DNA of 63,903 nt, the filler included, from Choristocarpus tenellus KU-1152 (Eukaryota > Protista > Phaeophyceae), in the NCBI GenBank assembly GCA_964200185.2. It is 14 parts of 14 records of this genome, joined end to end, with 100 filler letters (N's around TTAATTAATTAA, not from the genome) between each part and the next. Parts side by side here need not be neighbours in the genome. Positions count along the whole stretch, not along the records: positions 24,081 to 28,332 come from CAXNAD020015472.1; positions 28,433 to 31,496 come from CAXNAD020022578.1; positions 31,597 to 37,423 come from CAXNAD020009654.1; 11 more parts are not named here. One strand, written 5' to 3'. Below the pieces are notes generated by a model. It saw only the letters and a list, made by a program, of their open reading frames with translations, did not search any database and was not told the origin of the DNA. Both the position numbers and the translations under genes were made by a program. Below are positions 23,981-37,523 of this stretch, in pieces (position 1 is the stretch's first letter; each line of letters begins with the position of its first letter).

Positions 23981-26900
23981 NNNNNNNNNNNNNNNNNNNN
24001 NNNNNNNNNNNNNNNNNNNNNNNNTTAATTAATTAANNNNNNNNNNNNNNNNNNNNNNNNNNNNNNNNNNNNNNNNNNNNTGCTCCGCTACCGCGTTTTT
24101 TTCGAAGTAGGGGGGGGGGGGTGGGGGTAAGAGGGGGGGGTGGTGGGGGGGGAGGGGGGGGGGGGGGGGGGGGGGGGGATGGGATGTGTTAGCAGAGGTT
24201 AGAGTTATCTTCCCATGAGTATCGACACCATACATCTTGTGTTTCTTAAGCACACCATTAAGTATCATCAGTCTCCCTGCGACCTACTCATGGTGTTCTC
24301 AATTACTCAACTTCCAGTCAACACTTTAGCATCTCACCCTTCAGCTGTTCCACCACCTGCCCTGTCCAAATCAACAATTTAATACAACTTCAGCGCATGG
24401 CTCAAAGTGTATCAGCTGCTAAGTGCAACAGGCCATGTGCTACTACTGCTCCAGTCAAGCCAGACTGGCGATGACTCAAGTTGTGCATGGGTGGTGTGGT
24501 AACATTTGGACAGAGGCAACCGGGGGCATCTCCCTTTGCGACCCTCTTTTTTGGGATAGAAACACAAGGGACTACATCCCTGAGCGGGTCATGAACAAGC
24601 TTTTTTATTTTTTTCATTTTATCACTGACCTTGCTAGTATTGCGAATCAAACATGACCACCAGAATGTATGATGTACATGAAAGGCGTATGCTGGCACTC
24701 CCACGCAGCTTGATGATTGGACGGTCACAAAGACCAAAGTTCAGAATAATGATAACGTAATATCTGAACCCCAAGCTATTGACAGGTCTCAACTGCCACC
24801 TCTCTTGGGGAGCAACAATGACTACAGTAAACTGTAGGGGTGAGGTGAAGATTAGCGAAGGAGGTTGATTCTAGTCAGATTGTACGGCGTTGTTATTGTG
24901 CTTCTTGTAGAATATTACTGCCAAGATGGAGGAGGTATGGGAGAGGTACATGGCAAAGGCGTTGTATAATTGGATTATTGGTATATTTAGGATATTCTAT
25001 TGGTGGAAAGTGTTGCTATTGATGTCATGCCCACTACCGTTCAATTATCTCTTGTCGTTTTGTTGATCTTGGCACTACTTGTGAGAAGAGCTACAATAGT
25101 TTTGTGTTGGTTATGCTCTCATTGCCAGGAGAGAACTTCTATAATAGGATTGCTGCCTTGCCAGGGTGAGTCATGATTTGATGGCATTGTTACTTAGTGG
25201 ATTTAGTTGTATTGTTGATGTTGAGCAAGCATGCATTACACCCCAATGCCTAGTCCTCTTGACTGTGTCAGTCTGCAGCTGTGCGACAAACCTTGCTCAT
25301 CAACTCTTAGGAGAGTAATATGCTGTGACCTAGTAGTAATGGGAATGCATGCCTAAACACCCTGACAGGGCTGCGCTATCAGCTTACAGTTTATTGTTCT
25401 GAAGGGTGGTATGCACTACTTTGTGGCCTCTTGGCACCCGTATGTATATATATATATATCCACACGCAGTGTGCCAACCTCTCTCTTTAGTCCAATGACA
25501 TAGTATTATAGGTACTTGGAAGTAGAAGGTACAGTTACCATTTCAAAGCATAACGGTAGTGGTGGGTGGTCAGGCAACTTTGTCAACGTAAAATGTGGTT
25601 CCTTTGCAGACAGAGATGGAACACGTACAAGATGAGTGACTGAACTCAAGTCTACACTCACAGTGGTGTTGCAGGCAGGGTTCCTTCACCTGGCAGGGAC
25701 TTGCCTTGCTGTAGAGCTTAATGAGAGGTGGTAACTTCTACATTATGACATGAACACGAAACATACAATCTGATAATATTAACCTGGGTATTTGAGGCCT
25801 CCTATTTATAACCTGTGGCTATCTCTTCTGATGTCCCATGTCTACATCAACAAACTTGGGCGGGTTCAATGTCAATCTCTATCAGTAGTAGCAGTAGTTG
25901 TAGAAAACAGTTCCGATGGTGAAACTGGGAGGTTTTCCTTGTACGTTTCCTTGCTGTTAGGTCGCCGGTCATCTTGTAACAAGTGCAATGCACTCTGGCA
26001 CGGAATTAGTCTAGGACTTGGAGTTGGGGAGTGGATGAAAATGTTGTATACTTTTAACTACTCTGGAGTATATTTGAAGATAATAGAACATAATGAGTAG
26101 AATAAATATCACTAAACATAGGTCAGTACAAGTTGCACGACTTTTTGGACTCGGTCAGCGACAAGGAGTGGTAAGGAGGTTGCGCCTTTACCAAGACAGA
26201 TGATACGTAGTCGCCATTATTACCAAAGTTATCTAATGTCCAATTTTGTCCATCTCCAGAGGTGAGTATCAACAGAAGAGAAGAGGATACGGTAGAGTGC
26301 TCTGGGGCATTCACACTTACTTACTACTGCTACTACAAAGGAATCCCTCCACAAGTCGTAGTTCTGAATAGAGTTCACCATTCAAAACTGGTCTTGAAGA
26401 GACCTCATCGGAACTTGCTGCTCTAAAGATCCTGTGGTGAAACCAAGTGTTCCAAGAAATATCTAATATTAAGGCGTTGGAGGATCGTAAGGTAATGAAG
26501 GGTATGATATCGGACAACCCTTCTGTACACATTACTACTATTTATTTTATTCTACAGACATTTCTACTAATGTATAAACGTGTAGAAACTGCTTCAGCTT
26601 GGTGGATTGTTGTTCTTAGGACTTTAATGGCATGTCAAGTGTCCTCCAAGTGATTAGTTTTCTCAATCTTACAATGTACCAGATGGAAAGAAGGGACCAC
26701 CAGGGTGGATAGGAGAAGAACTGGTAGGTGTATATTTGCATTACTTGCATCTCTGCTATTTGGAAGATTGTGCACCGTTTATTTTGCTGCTCTCAATTAT
26801 TTGTTGATGTTTGACCAATATTTAAAGACATGTTGTACGCCACTTTTTTCTCCATAGTATACAGCTTCGTTATACATCATGTTTATAACTAGCATGTGCT

Positions 26901-27283
26901 AATCAATCAATTCACTTGTGATATCTTGAATTGTGATAGGCAAATTGCATATTTGTTCCTACCTGCGTTCTAACCAGTACCAGCAACAAGTACGAGCATG
27001 GACTGGACCTTCCAGTTGCCATAGTTAGAGCGTATAATCCATCGCGTGAGAGTAATTCGTTAATTTTCAGTTGTATTACAGTTTCTCGAGGAAACTCAAG
27101 ACTTTCCAGAGTATCATCGAGAATTGATCACTATGCATGCTCCATTGCTGTCGATCTTCAGTCATACACTTCACTTCAGAACTATATTCTTTTCCTACTA
27201 ACCTCATAACCACCGCATCTTCGTTCCTCAAGAATGCGTTTTTTTTTATTCTTGTGAAAAAGTAAGTTGTGTAATAATTTTAC

Positions 27284-27530
27284 TATATTCTTATTAATCG
27301 TCTCAGTATTCTTATTCTCAATATCATCAATATATGCATTCTTATTAATCGCATCAGTATTCTTATTCTCAATATCATCAATATATCCACTTGTATTAAT
27401 CGCCTCAGTATTCTTATTCTCAATATTATCAGTATCATCAATATGTACATTCTTATTAATCACATCAGTATTCTTATTCTCAATATTTTCAGTATCATCA
27501 ATATATGCATTCTTATTGATCGCATCAATG
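27284..27530. repeat. AT-rich tandem repeat, units of 51/51/60/60 bp
   Basis: The minus strand reads INKNAYIDD(TEN)IENKNTDA repeats; the unit lengths and the 9-bp indel all preserve frame. Confidence 0.9.
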
Positions 27531-28217
27531 AATGTAAAGGAATCCCAAACCCCAAACCTCTAACTGATGGCAATAGATCATTTGAGAAGAACACAATACT
27601 CCAAGAAAAAATGAATTCAGAACTAGAGGAAGGAAATGGCATTCAAGATTCGTCAAGGCGCAGACACGAGAAGCTAATACCTACGACATAAACATAATCA
27701 ACTCCAACAATATCGCCAACGTTTCATGGGAAAATCAAGAAACTCAGGGTCGCACACCCCATCCACCTATCCATACCAAACACTATTTGTACACTCATCA
27801 CCTACCACAAATCAAGACGCAAATAAATGAAAAAGTGCGTGGGGTGGTGTATGAACAGAAAATCGGCACGGATGGTACAGGTGATGTATGGTTGAGGGAA
27901 CCCAGCACTTCGATAAATAATGAAGTTCTCCAAGATGCCCATATATATATTTTTACTATTATTATACATCGACAACAAAAAATCCAAACAATACCTCCAT
28001 CCATTCACCAAATATTAAACTGAAACACACGACTACATTGTTGTAAGTTGTGCGCTCTAACCCAGGTTACTTACTCCAGCCTTGTGTAGCATTGAAGGAG
28101 AGATTTAATAATAGAACTTACGAGCGCATAGATCGGAACTTGAAGCTGATATAGGGGAAGATCAGAAAAGAACTGGGAGGCGTGTCAACAGAAGAATCTC
28201 TACATAGAAACATTCAA

Positions 28218-28332
28218 CAGGGGATTTTCAAAATTGGGGATGGAGCGGGACTACGAGGATGGTTGTTTTGCGAAAACGGCCTTAAAAAAGTACACCTTTT
28301 TTTATGCGACTGTATTTGCACTTGGAAGAGAT
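28218..28332 (+). mobile_element. Terminus of repeat family B, cut by a gap
   Basis: CAGGGGATTTTCAAAATTGGGGATGGAGCGG...GGATGGTTGTTTTGCGAAAA aligns with 31405-31496. Confidence 0.7.
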
Positions 28333-28432
28333 NNNNNNNNNNNNNNNNNNNNNNNNNNNNNNNNNNNNNNNNNNNNTTAATTAATTAANNNNNNNNNNNN
28401 NNNNNNNNNNNNNNNNNNNNNNNNNNNNNNNN

Positions 28433-28454
28433 CCCCCCTCAGATACTTTGACCC
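28433..28454. mobile_element. MITE family A, TIR remnant at contig start
   Basis: CCCCCCTCAGATACTTTGACCC. Confidence 0.6.
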
Positions 28455-28499
28455 TTGTCAGACTGAAAATCTATCACCTCATATTTCAATTTTCGGTGA

Positions 28500-31404
28500 T
28501 CACATCTGAATTCACTACACCAGTGCATACAGTAAAAAAGATATGCTTTCCCCCTGGCATGGAAATGCTTGTCCGAGTTGTTCTCAGGCACTCAGCGGAA
28601 CAGCTTTTGATGCAGTGGTGGAACCTATCATTCATAATGGCACAGACCATAAGCAAGAGGATAAAATACATCCCCACTGGCAACATGTTATGGTCAAACC
28701 CTCACTGTTTGGAAGGAAGACGAAGGAAGTTTAGTCAAAATTGCCAATTTATCTCAAAAAAGGGTCAAGATACTAGTGAATTTTGTAGTTGGTCATATCT
28801 CCCCTGTGTCCACCATACATTCCCTTTAAGATGTTACAACAAGTGCAGTTGCAGCCACACCCTCTACTCCTGAAGAACTGAAAAGAGCTAGGGACGATTG
28901 GAAGGTTTTTTATACAGGGGTGTTTGCAAATACGCAACTGATGTGTTCTGAACAAGAGGAATTACTAGATAATTGTGTCTAAATTCAGACCAGACTTTTC
29001 ATTATGTAAAAATGAATTAGGTTGTTGCACCACTACTTCTGTTGAGTTTCCACTACAGCAAGGCACTAAACTGGTTAGTAGACCACCGCATCAAACGGCA
29101 CCCAAAATACGCAACACTGTTTGCTAATGTGTAACTGATATGGACATGCCGGGTATTGTCAAACCCCCATCTAGCCCAAGGGTATCCCCCGTTACCATTG
29201 TTGCAAAACTTGATGGATCTCCTCGATTTTGCGTGGATTTTAGAGGAACCATAAATAACATTTAATTTGTAATTCATGGCCTTTGCCATCCATGGAAGAG
29301 TGTCCACTTTGGGGGGGATCAAAATACTTATCTTATCTAGATAATCAATCAGCCTATTGGCAACTACCGATAACTGAGGAATGCGAATCACAACAAACGG
29401 CATTCATCACACCAGATGGGAAATATGACTTTCAGCGGTTACCATTTGGAGTACAAGACGCATTGTGGATCTTCCAACGTTTCATGTCTGAAACGTTTTC
29501 TAGAATCGGTCCTAGCTCTGGGCTATTGGTATATTTAGATAATATTGTTTTGGCCTCTTCATCTTGGGCACGCCATAAACAGTTAATCACCGCAGTACTG
29601 TCAATGTTACATACTGTAGGGGTTACATTGAAGTCGTCCAAGGCTCTATTTGGCTCAAAGCAAATCCATCATTTGGGACATGATGTCAGCCCACAAGGAA
29701 TCGCTGTATCACAAGCTCGTATTGAATCTATTTTAGAATGCATCCCCCTCAAACGGCGAAAGGCTTGTAACCTTTCTTAGGTTCTATGAACTTTGTCAGG
29801 AAGCACATTCCTCACCTAGCAACAGCAACAGAACCGTTAGTTGAACTGATTCACCATACACAAAAGGATAGTACAAAAAAAAACACACCACCCCAAAGAA
29901 ATGATAAAAGAGATTTCATCCAGATGGAATTGACCACAGCAAACTGATTTTGGCAAATGCAAACGACTTTTAAGCATGGCTCCAGTTCTACACCTTCCTG
30001 AATTTCTAAAGGAATTTTTTAATACATGTAATGTAATGTAATGTAGATGCCAGTAATTTTGGGACAGTGGTGTTTTTGGCTCATAATAGTGATGGCCATT
30101 TTGATATAATTGCATACCATAGTAATTACTTTCCCCCTCCCAGGGAAATATTCTACCACACAAAAGAGTCCCTTGCAGTTATTCTAACAATTCAATGCTG
30201 CAGACCATACATTTGGGGCAAACATTTCACAGTTATTAGTGACCATTCAGCCTTACGGTGACTGCATACTATGCAAGACATGTCCAATCTGTTAGCTGGG
30301 CGGGCCCTAGCTCCGCAAAGCTTTGATTTTACCGTCCTTCATAAGCCTGGAAGATTACATTGCATCCCAGGTATGTTGTCATGTCCTTAACTGGAAGAGT
30401 TCTGTAAACATGAATAATAACCAGCACCCCTAACCCCAAAATGTCGAAATGTGGGAGCAGAAACCACTAATGCAACTTCTCAAGTAAGTAAGGTATATCC
30501 AGCCCATGCATTGTCTATGGACCGATTAGGTGAAATCACTAGGGTGGCAGATGACTCTGAGCTCCTTGCAAGCTCCATCAGTGTTTTTCCAGTAATTGAT
30601 ACTGAAGTTCTAGCCCAACCCCAACACGATCAGTTTGGAGCATATCTTCAATACCTGGTAGACCCTAGTAATGCAACATTACCCCTTAAGGAAACGGCCT
30701 ACACCATGTCAATTTTTTTCGCACAAGAGAGAGAGAGAATAAACTCTTACTCTACCGGTCGTATCAACCTGGTCATCTTTGTACAAATAATTGAGAATTT
30801 TGTGATCTCATTTAGTAGCCCCAACAGAAGTCCAGGGTTTAATTTTTGATGCCATACATGACCATAAAGTTGCAGGCCATCTTGCTTTCAAATATATGTT
30901 TGACCGCGTGACAGATACATTTTGATTTTGGTGACCAACCTTACACAAAGAGGTTAGGAAGTGGTGTAAAACATTACAGTCATGTCAAAGGCGGAAGGCC
31001 ACTCATACTCCTACTTCACTACCTACAGGACATACGATAAGACCACACCAGACCGTGCCAGATATATGTTATCATTCGTAGGCCATCTTACAAGATTCGC
31101 AATCTTGGTTTGCAAATAGGCAAAGAAAAAACCGTGGCTAAAGCTCTTGTCGATCGTCTTTTTCCACTCTACTCTGACCAAGGCAAGGATATGAGAATAT
31201 ATACCTGGCTGAGTTGTGTAAAGTGTACAGGTATAATAAAACCAAGACCAAAGCATCACGACCTCAAGGCAATAGCATACGTGAACAAATTCATTCTACG
31301 ATGCATGGTATGCCGACCATGTATTCGAATACGGACTAATCTGACTGGGATTTATTATTGCCCTTTGTAGAGCTAGCACACAATATAGCCTATAATGCCA
31401 CTAA
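28500..31404 (+). mobile_element. Ty3/Gypsy LTR retrotransposon pol relic A (RT-RNaseH-integrase), many stops and frameshifts
   Basis: RT motifs LDNQSAYWQL, TAFITPDGKYDFQRLPFG, VYLDNI (YxDD decayed) and HLGH; RNase H ESLAVI...SDHSALR; integrase remnants including SDQG. Domain order RT-RH-IN; homologous to 32303-36261. Confidence 0.92.
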
Positions 31405-31496
31405 CAGCAGATTCTCAAAATTGAGGATGGAGCGGATGGTTGTTTTTCGAAAATCGTCTTAAGAAAGTACCCAAAGGTTTTTTAGAAGGGCCCCTT
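31405..31496 (+). mobile_element. Terminus of repeat family B inserted in the Gypsy A integrase, cut by a gap
   Basis: CAGCAGATTCTCAAAATTGAGGATGGAGCGGATGGTTGTTTTTCGAAAA. Confidence 0.7.
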
Positions 31497-31596
31497 NNNN
31501 NNNNNNNNNNNNNNNNNNNNNNNNNNNNNNNNNNNNNNNNTTAATTAATTAANNNNNNNNNNNNNNNNNNNNNNNNNNNNNNNNNNNNNNNNNNNN

Positions 31597-32292
31597 CTCC
31601 TTAGCCTCCAGCTTCCATTTGTGTCGAAGGTGCAGGTCCACTTTGTTGGGATGACGATGATGATACTATTGCCCGTTTCAGCTTCCTGTAGCTTAAATCG
31701 GATCTTGTGATTACCTCCACAGGGATCTCGTACCGCATGTCCTCTGTTGAGCTGCATGGGGATGTAGTCCTCCGCGCGTCTTCTGTTGAGCTGCACGGGG
31801 ATCTCGTCCTCCGTGCGTCCTTTGTTGATTCCTCTTTGCAGTTCCAGTGTGATATTCGTTCCTGTTCCGTTAGTATCTCCATAAGTTCAGGACGACATAT
31901 TTTCATAGCACAATGTCTTATAGACCCTTTCACTGGCATAAACCACCAGATATAAACTCCATGTTGTCCAAGTCTCCACTGATCGTGCTGGTGCTCCAGT
32001 CCAGTTGGGCAAATTCTTCATGTCGCTCGGGCCCATCACCTGCTCCTTTTTTCCATACTACTGAGGCTCATAACCTGTGCAAATTACCTCGGGAAGTATT
32101 GAAGATAAGAAGGTGTGAAGCCTCACACGACCCCCTTTGGTGAACGTGATTACATGGTTGAAGATTAGAAGAGAAGAGTGACCTTGGTGTGGTGTCTTCT
32201 CATTGCTTGTTTATTATTTATTTGTGCTTCCTATCTAAGTCAACGGTTATGTCAAAGTAGTTGAATGCGGAATAAATACCAATACATAATCC
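31597..32292 (-). mobile_element. Ty1/Copia relic: 5' LTR end, PBS and decayed gag start
   Basis: The minus strand reads ...TTGCACA|GGTTATGAGCC (32075-32065), the copia-type PBS for a half tRNA-iMet primer. An ATG follows at 32056, then a frameshifted ORF containing a 39-bp tandem repeat (~31730-31820). Confidence 0.6.
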
Positions 32293-32302
32293 NNNNNNNN
32301 NN

Positions 32303-35300
32303 ATGAACTATCTCATTAGTTACATCACATGGACTTAATTCAACACAATAACCTCATACATACAAATAAGTTACACCTCACTATTGTCCTATTTTGCACA
32401 AATACTACATTCCCCGTTGAAGCTTTAGTGTTGCCCACTTTAGGACCTGATGATGTTATGCTTGATGACAGTATTCTTGATGCTTTTGGAGCGGCATATG
32501 ACTGGAAACCTCAAAGGTTATCATTCCAAAAAAGTACAACTGTCATACCTGCCATTCACCGTACTACCCCTTCTTATTATATATCATCTCCTTTTCAAAT
32601 AGCAGCTATACAAGCAAAATTCCTTCTACCCCTTTTCGTTTGAAGAAAAAAAATTCCATTCCACCAGAATCTGAAACGCTTGTATCTGCTGTAAGTGAGG
32701 AAAACCCCGCTGTAACTTGTGATGCTGTTGTAGAACCACGTATCTGTTCATTTCATAATATTATTTCATTAATATTACTGATCCTTGGCAAATTTTTGCT
32801 GTTGCTCGAACAGTACAACATGGGATTCTGATGATGGATCAGGGGTAGTACAAATTGCTAATATGTCCTCACAAACATTTCATTTACCCAAGAATACTTA
32901 GTCGCATCCACCCTGCAAACATAATCAACACCAAACAATCTCACACTATTTCTGCAACACCTCTATCCGGACCTGATTGAGAGCGTCTTGATAATGTGTT
33001 GAAACCTGCTTTTATCAACACTACTTTCTCTTCATCTCAAAAACAAGAAACTCTGAATCTTTGTGCTAAATTCCGTTCAGTATTCTCCCTCGATATCTCT
33101 GAATTTGGAACTTGCACCATTGCAGAAGCCGATTTTCCTCTCGAACCAGGTACCAGACCGATTAGTCGAGCTCCATATCGTACAAATCCGCAAGTAAGAG
33201 GTATTATTGATAAATGTGTTGACGATTTACAAAACCAAGGATTAATTGAACCTCGTTCTAGTCCATGGGACTCTCTTGTTACTATTGTTGCTAAAGCAGA
33301 TGGGACCCCAAGATTCTGCATTGAGTATTGGCAGACTATAAATAAACACCTAATTAAACGTTCTTGGCCCATGCCTTTGGCTGAAGACCATCTTGATTCC
33401 ATTGGTGCAGCAATTTCTTTCTGTTGCAGATGTTCAATCAGCATATAATCAGATTCCTGTGGCGGAAGCAGACATTGACAAGACTGCTTTTGTCACCCAT
33501 AAAGGCAAGTTTGTATAGAAATGACTTCATTTTGGTTGGAGCAATGCCCTATTTATTTTCCAACGTATGATGGCTAGAGCTCTATCTGATTTGGCACGGG
33601 GTCAGGTCTGCTATGTTACACGGATGAGCTCATTCTTTGTACGACCACTTGGCAACACCATATAACTTTGCTTGAAAAACCTTTTAATGCCCTTCAAAAA
33701 GCTGGCCTTACAACTTTCTAAATTGAAGTTTGGTCCAGCAGAAGTAGAATACCTTGGCCATATTGTCTCTATTGCAGGGTTACGTCTTGGAAAAGCTCGA
33801 ATTCAAGCTATTGTTGACCTGCCCACTCCCCGAACGATAAAGGACATTCGTTCTATCCTTGGTATGTGCATTTTTTGTCGAAAGTTCATCCCTCGTTATG
33901 CAGATCTGATTGAACCCCTTCTAAAATTTACACGTAAAGAATTCATCTCTCGTCCTTCTGGTGAAATTGGAAACGTATGGACATCAGTTCACGATAATGC
34001 ATTAGAAAAAATAAAAATGTCATTAACATCGCCCCCCCTTTTATATTATCCAGACTTCTCAAAATCGTTTATGGTACACGTGGATGCTTCCAACCTGGGT
34101 AGTGGTGGTTTTCTTGCTCAAAAAGCTTCAGATGATCCAACGAATTCCTCATTTCATATTGTGGCTTACTTTAGCAAGAAATTTGATGGAGCACAACGAA
34201 ATTATTCAGCTACATACAAAGAATGTTTAGCAGTAGTCCATGCCATTAACCACTGTCGTCCATATCTTTGGGGTCGACATTTTGATTTATTCACTGATCA
34301 TGCGGCACTCCGTTATCTGTATTACATGCAAGACACAGATAATATGTTGACACGTTGGACTCTTGCTCTTCAATGTTTTGACCTTACAGTCCATCATAAA
34401 CCAGGCAGAGACAATGTTGTACCTGATGCCCTTTCTCGTCTTTTTGATATTGAGATTGATCGTATGCCAAAAGTACTATCCCTATTTGTAGGAATATTCC
34501 GGAAAACACCATTTCAAATGCGGTAACCCCACGTCAAGCATACGAAATATATCCAGACCGCCGTCAGGAATTAGATATAATTCAGAGTGACCGTGAACTT
34601 TTTAGTAGTTCTGTGAACATCTTTCCAACTGTAGACCACACCAAAATTCGGGACACACAAATGAAACAAATTTCTCTTTACTTTACGTATTTAGAAGCCC
34701 CTGATTCAGTGTCTTTATCTCCCCGGGAATCGAGGTATAGCATGTCATATTTTTATGTTGATGCGGACACTAACTTGCTTTGCCGATCATATTTTCCAGG
34801 GTATTTACGCAAATATCGTGCTTATCGTGGTCAAATAGTAGTTCCAAAAGAATTACAATCTTTGGTCTTGCATGCTTGCCACGATCATCCCGCTTCGAAG
34901 GGTCATTTTGGTATTTCTCATACTCTGGACAAGGTCCGAGACCGATATCGGTGGCCTATGTTTCAAAAAGATGTTAGAGAGTGGTGTGAAAGATGTCAAC
35001 TTTGCCAAAGACGAAAAACCTCTCACAGACGTCCTATATTACCTCAACGACAAATTCCTGCCATTCGACCATTTGAACGGATTGCTGTTGATCTTGTACA
35101 GTATAAAACCATTTCCCGTGGTTGCCGTTATGTTATTTCGGCTATTTGTCAGTTGACACGCTTTGCTTTTCTCATTCCCATTCCAGACAAACAAGAAGTG
35201 ACCATTGCCAAAGTTTTGTTTGAAAGGATATTTTCAATATTTGGGGCACCCGAAATCCTTCACTCTGACCAAGGTTCGGAATTTGGAAATATACTTGTTC

Positions 35301-37423
35301 TGGAATTGCAGACAGTGTTTGGGTACCATAAAACTCGAACCACACCCTACAGACCTCAGGGTAACTCTGTCTTAGAGTCTGTTCATTCTACTTTGCATCA
35401 AATGTTATCCATGTACAGTAACATAGCAGAGAACAATTGGACGACTGTTGTTCCATTCCTTCAATTGGCTCACAATACGGCATACAGTACCACATTACAA
35501 GAAACGCCTTTCTTTTTACTTTTGGGCGCCGGCCAATTATACTGATGTCATTTTTGGTCTATCTAAAACAACAGTTGCACAATCTAGTCAAGAGTTTACT
35601 CAATCAACAGCTGAGAATTTACAGTTAGCTTTTGAATTAGCCCGTCGCCATCTGGGAGAACGGAATGCTAAGAAAATTGCTAACAATGAAACTCTTGTTT
35701 TCCCTGTGTTTCAAGTTGGAGCTCAAGTTTTGATGCATGGTCCACATACTGATCGTGATGGACCTATTCCAAAACTGATTCATCCTTGGCGTGGACCTTT
35801 CACCGTCACCGCTAAGATTTCCCCTGTAGTTTACTGTGTTCGTAAACAGGGTGACATCAAAGATATTTTTGTTCATTTAGCCCACTTGAAACCTTACATT
35901 CCAAACACACCCACCTGAACCTGATTTTATGAAACTCAGTGAATTTTTTCTTGGCCGAACTTTACCCTTACCAGATCTGGATGATTTAGAATTCCCGGTA
36001 ACCATTGGTTCTTATATTATTGAAGCGATTGTGGGACACAAATTTGGTCGTGGACCTCGTTCACCTATGAACATAGAATATAGATTACGTCTTAAAGGCT
36101 ATGAGCGTGCTTCTGATGTATTCTATCGTCCACGTGATTTGCCACAATGTGCAGATATGATTGCTGCATATAGGCAACAACATTGGATACACCTCATTCC
36201 AACACAAAACCTTCGATTGTTATCAATTCGGACCAATGAAAAATTTTCCATACTTCATTGAATTTTCTGCTGAAGGTAGTATATTTATTTTTTCAAATAT
36301 ATATGTGCTGCGAATTTTATTTGTGTTTCAGTCAATAATTTGTGGTTGTGTTGTTACATATATATATCTATTGATATATATGTCACATGGATGTCTATTT
36401 GGCCATAACAACTGTTGATAAGTTGATATTTTTTTGTACATGTGCACCGATGTATGAACAGAGGAGACCGGAGTTCATTTATTTACAAATGATCTTGCAC
36501 ACTTGTTATATTTTATTTTCATTTTTCGTTTCTTTTCTTTTTCAGGAGGACAACTGTTTTGATGAACAGTTATTTCAGTGATGGGGTATGGCCAACTCCA
36601 TCCCCGTGATTATCCACGGTTTACAATTGAATTTTTTTTCTTTTCCTTTTCCTTTTTATTGTTTTGTTTGTTCTTTTATTTTATTTTATTTAAAAAATTA
36701 TTTTTATTTTCTTTTCTTTCTTTCATTTTGTTTCTATTTGATTCGAACATCCATGTGATATGCTGTTGACTTTTATATACGCAAGTATATACTGATTGGT
36801 GCTGCAGCGATACAGCTGTAATTTGATCACGATTTCTGCGCTCCCATTGGGAGTCTTGCATTTTCTTATTTTCCTCATTTGAGATGATGGTCCATGCTTT
36901 TATATCTGTATCTCCTTGCCGGAGTTAACAGAATTTCATAAGACTAGCTAGCCATTGCCTGTGCCCTTTTTCTTGTTGAAGATTTGACCAGACGTGGTCG
37001 TATCTGATACAGCGAAATCGTGATCGTTCCATGTGCCCAGGTATGTTTGGTTATCTCACCCCTGATTAAGGTGAAGCGGCACTGATTTGGTTGACACCAA
37101 ATCCCTTAGTTACAAGTGCTAAGTTGTGAGGCCTCACGCAAACCACTTCTTATGCTGCATTTTTGCTAATTTGCAGATATTTTTTTTTGTGTACACGACT
37201 GTCTTGCAAGACAATATTTTTTGTTGAGCGACTATTTCTTTTCTTTTCAGTGCTCATGTCAGTTGTTCTGCACACACATTTCCTCCATTTCCCATTGACA
37301 CCTACTATGTTGTTTTGATACCTGCATCAAACCACATAATGGGGGGGGGTGATGTGAGAGCCACATTCCACAGAAGGTATACCCTGAAGGTTACCTATCT
37401 TGAACATCATGTAGAAGGTATAC
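32303..37423 (+). mobile_element. Ty3/Gypsy chromovirus-like LTR retrotransposon B (protease-RT-RNaseH-integrase-chromodomain, PPT, start of 3' LTR), inactivated
   Basis: Protease C-terminal part (32329-32643); RT SPWDS...KADGTPRFC, KTAFVT, CYTDELI, EYLGH; RNase H VDAS/ECLAV/TDH/PDALSR; integrase HHCC (HDHPASKGH...CQLC), AVD, SDQGSEF, GNSVLE; WRGPF; chromodomain ~36010-36175. PPT G9 at 37341-49 with TG at 37353. Broken into several ORFs by frameshifts and stops. Confidence 0.95.
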
Positions 37424-37523
37424 NNNNNNNNNNNNNNNNNNNNNNNNNNNNNNNNNNNNNNNNNNNNTTAATTAATTAANNNNNNNNNNNNNNNNNNNNN
37501 NNNNNNNNNNNNNNNNNNNNNNN

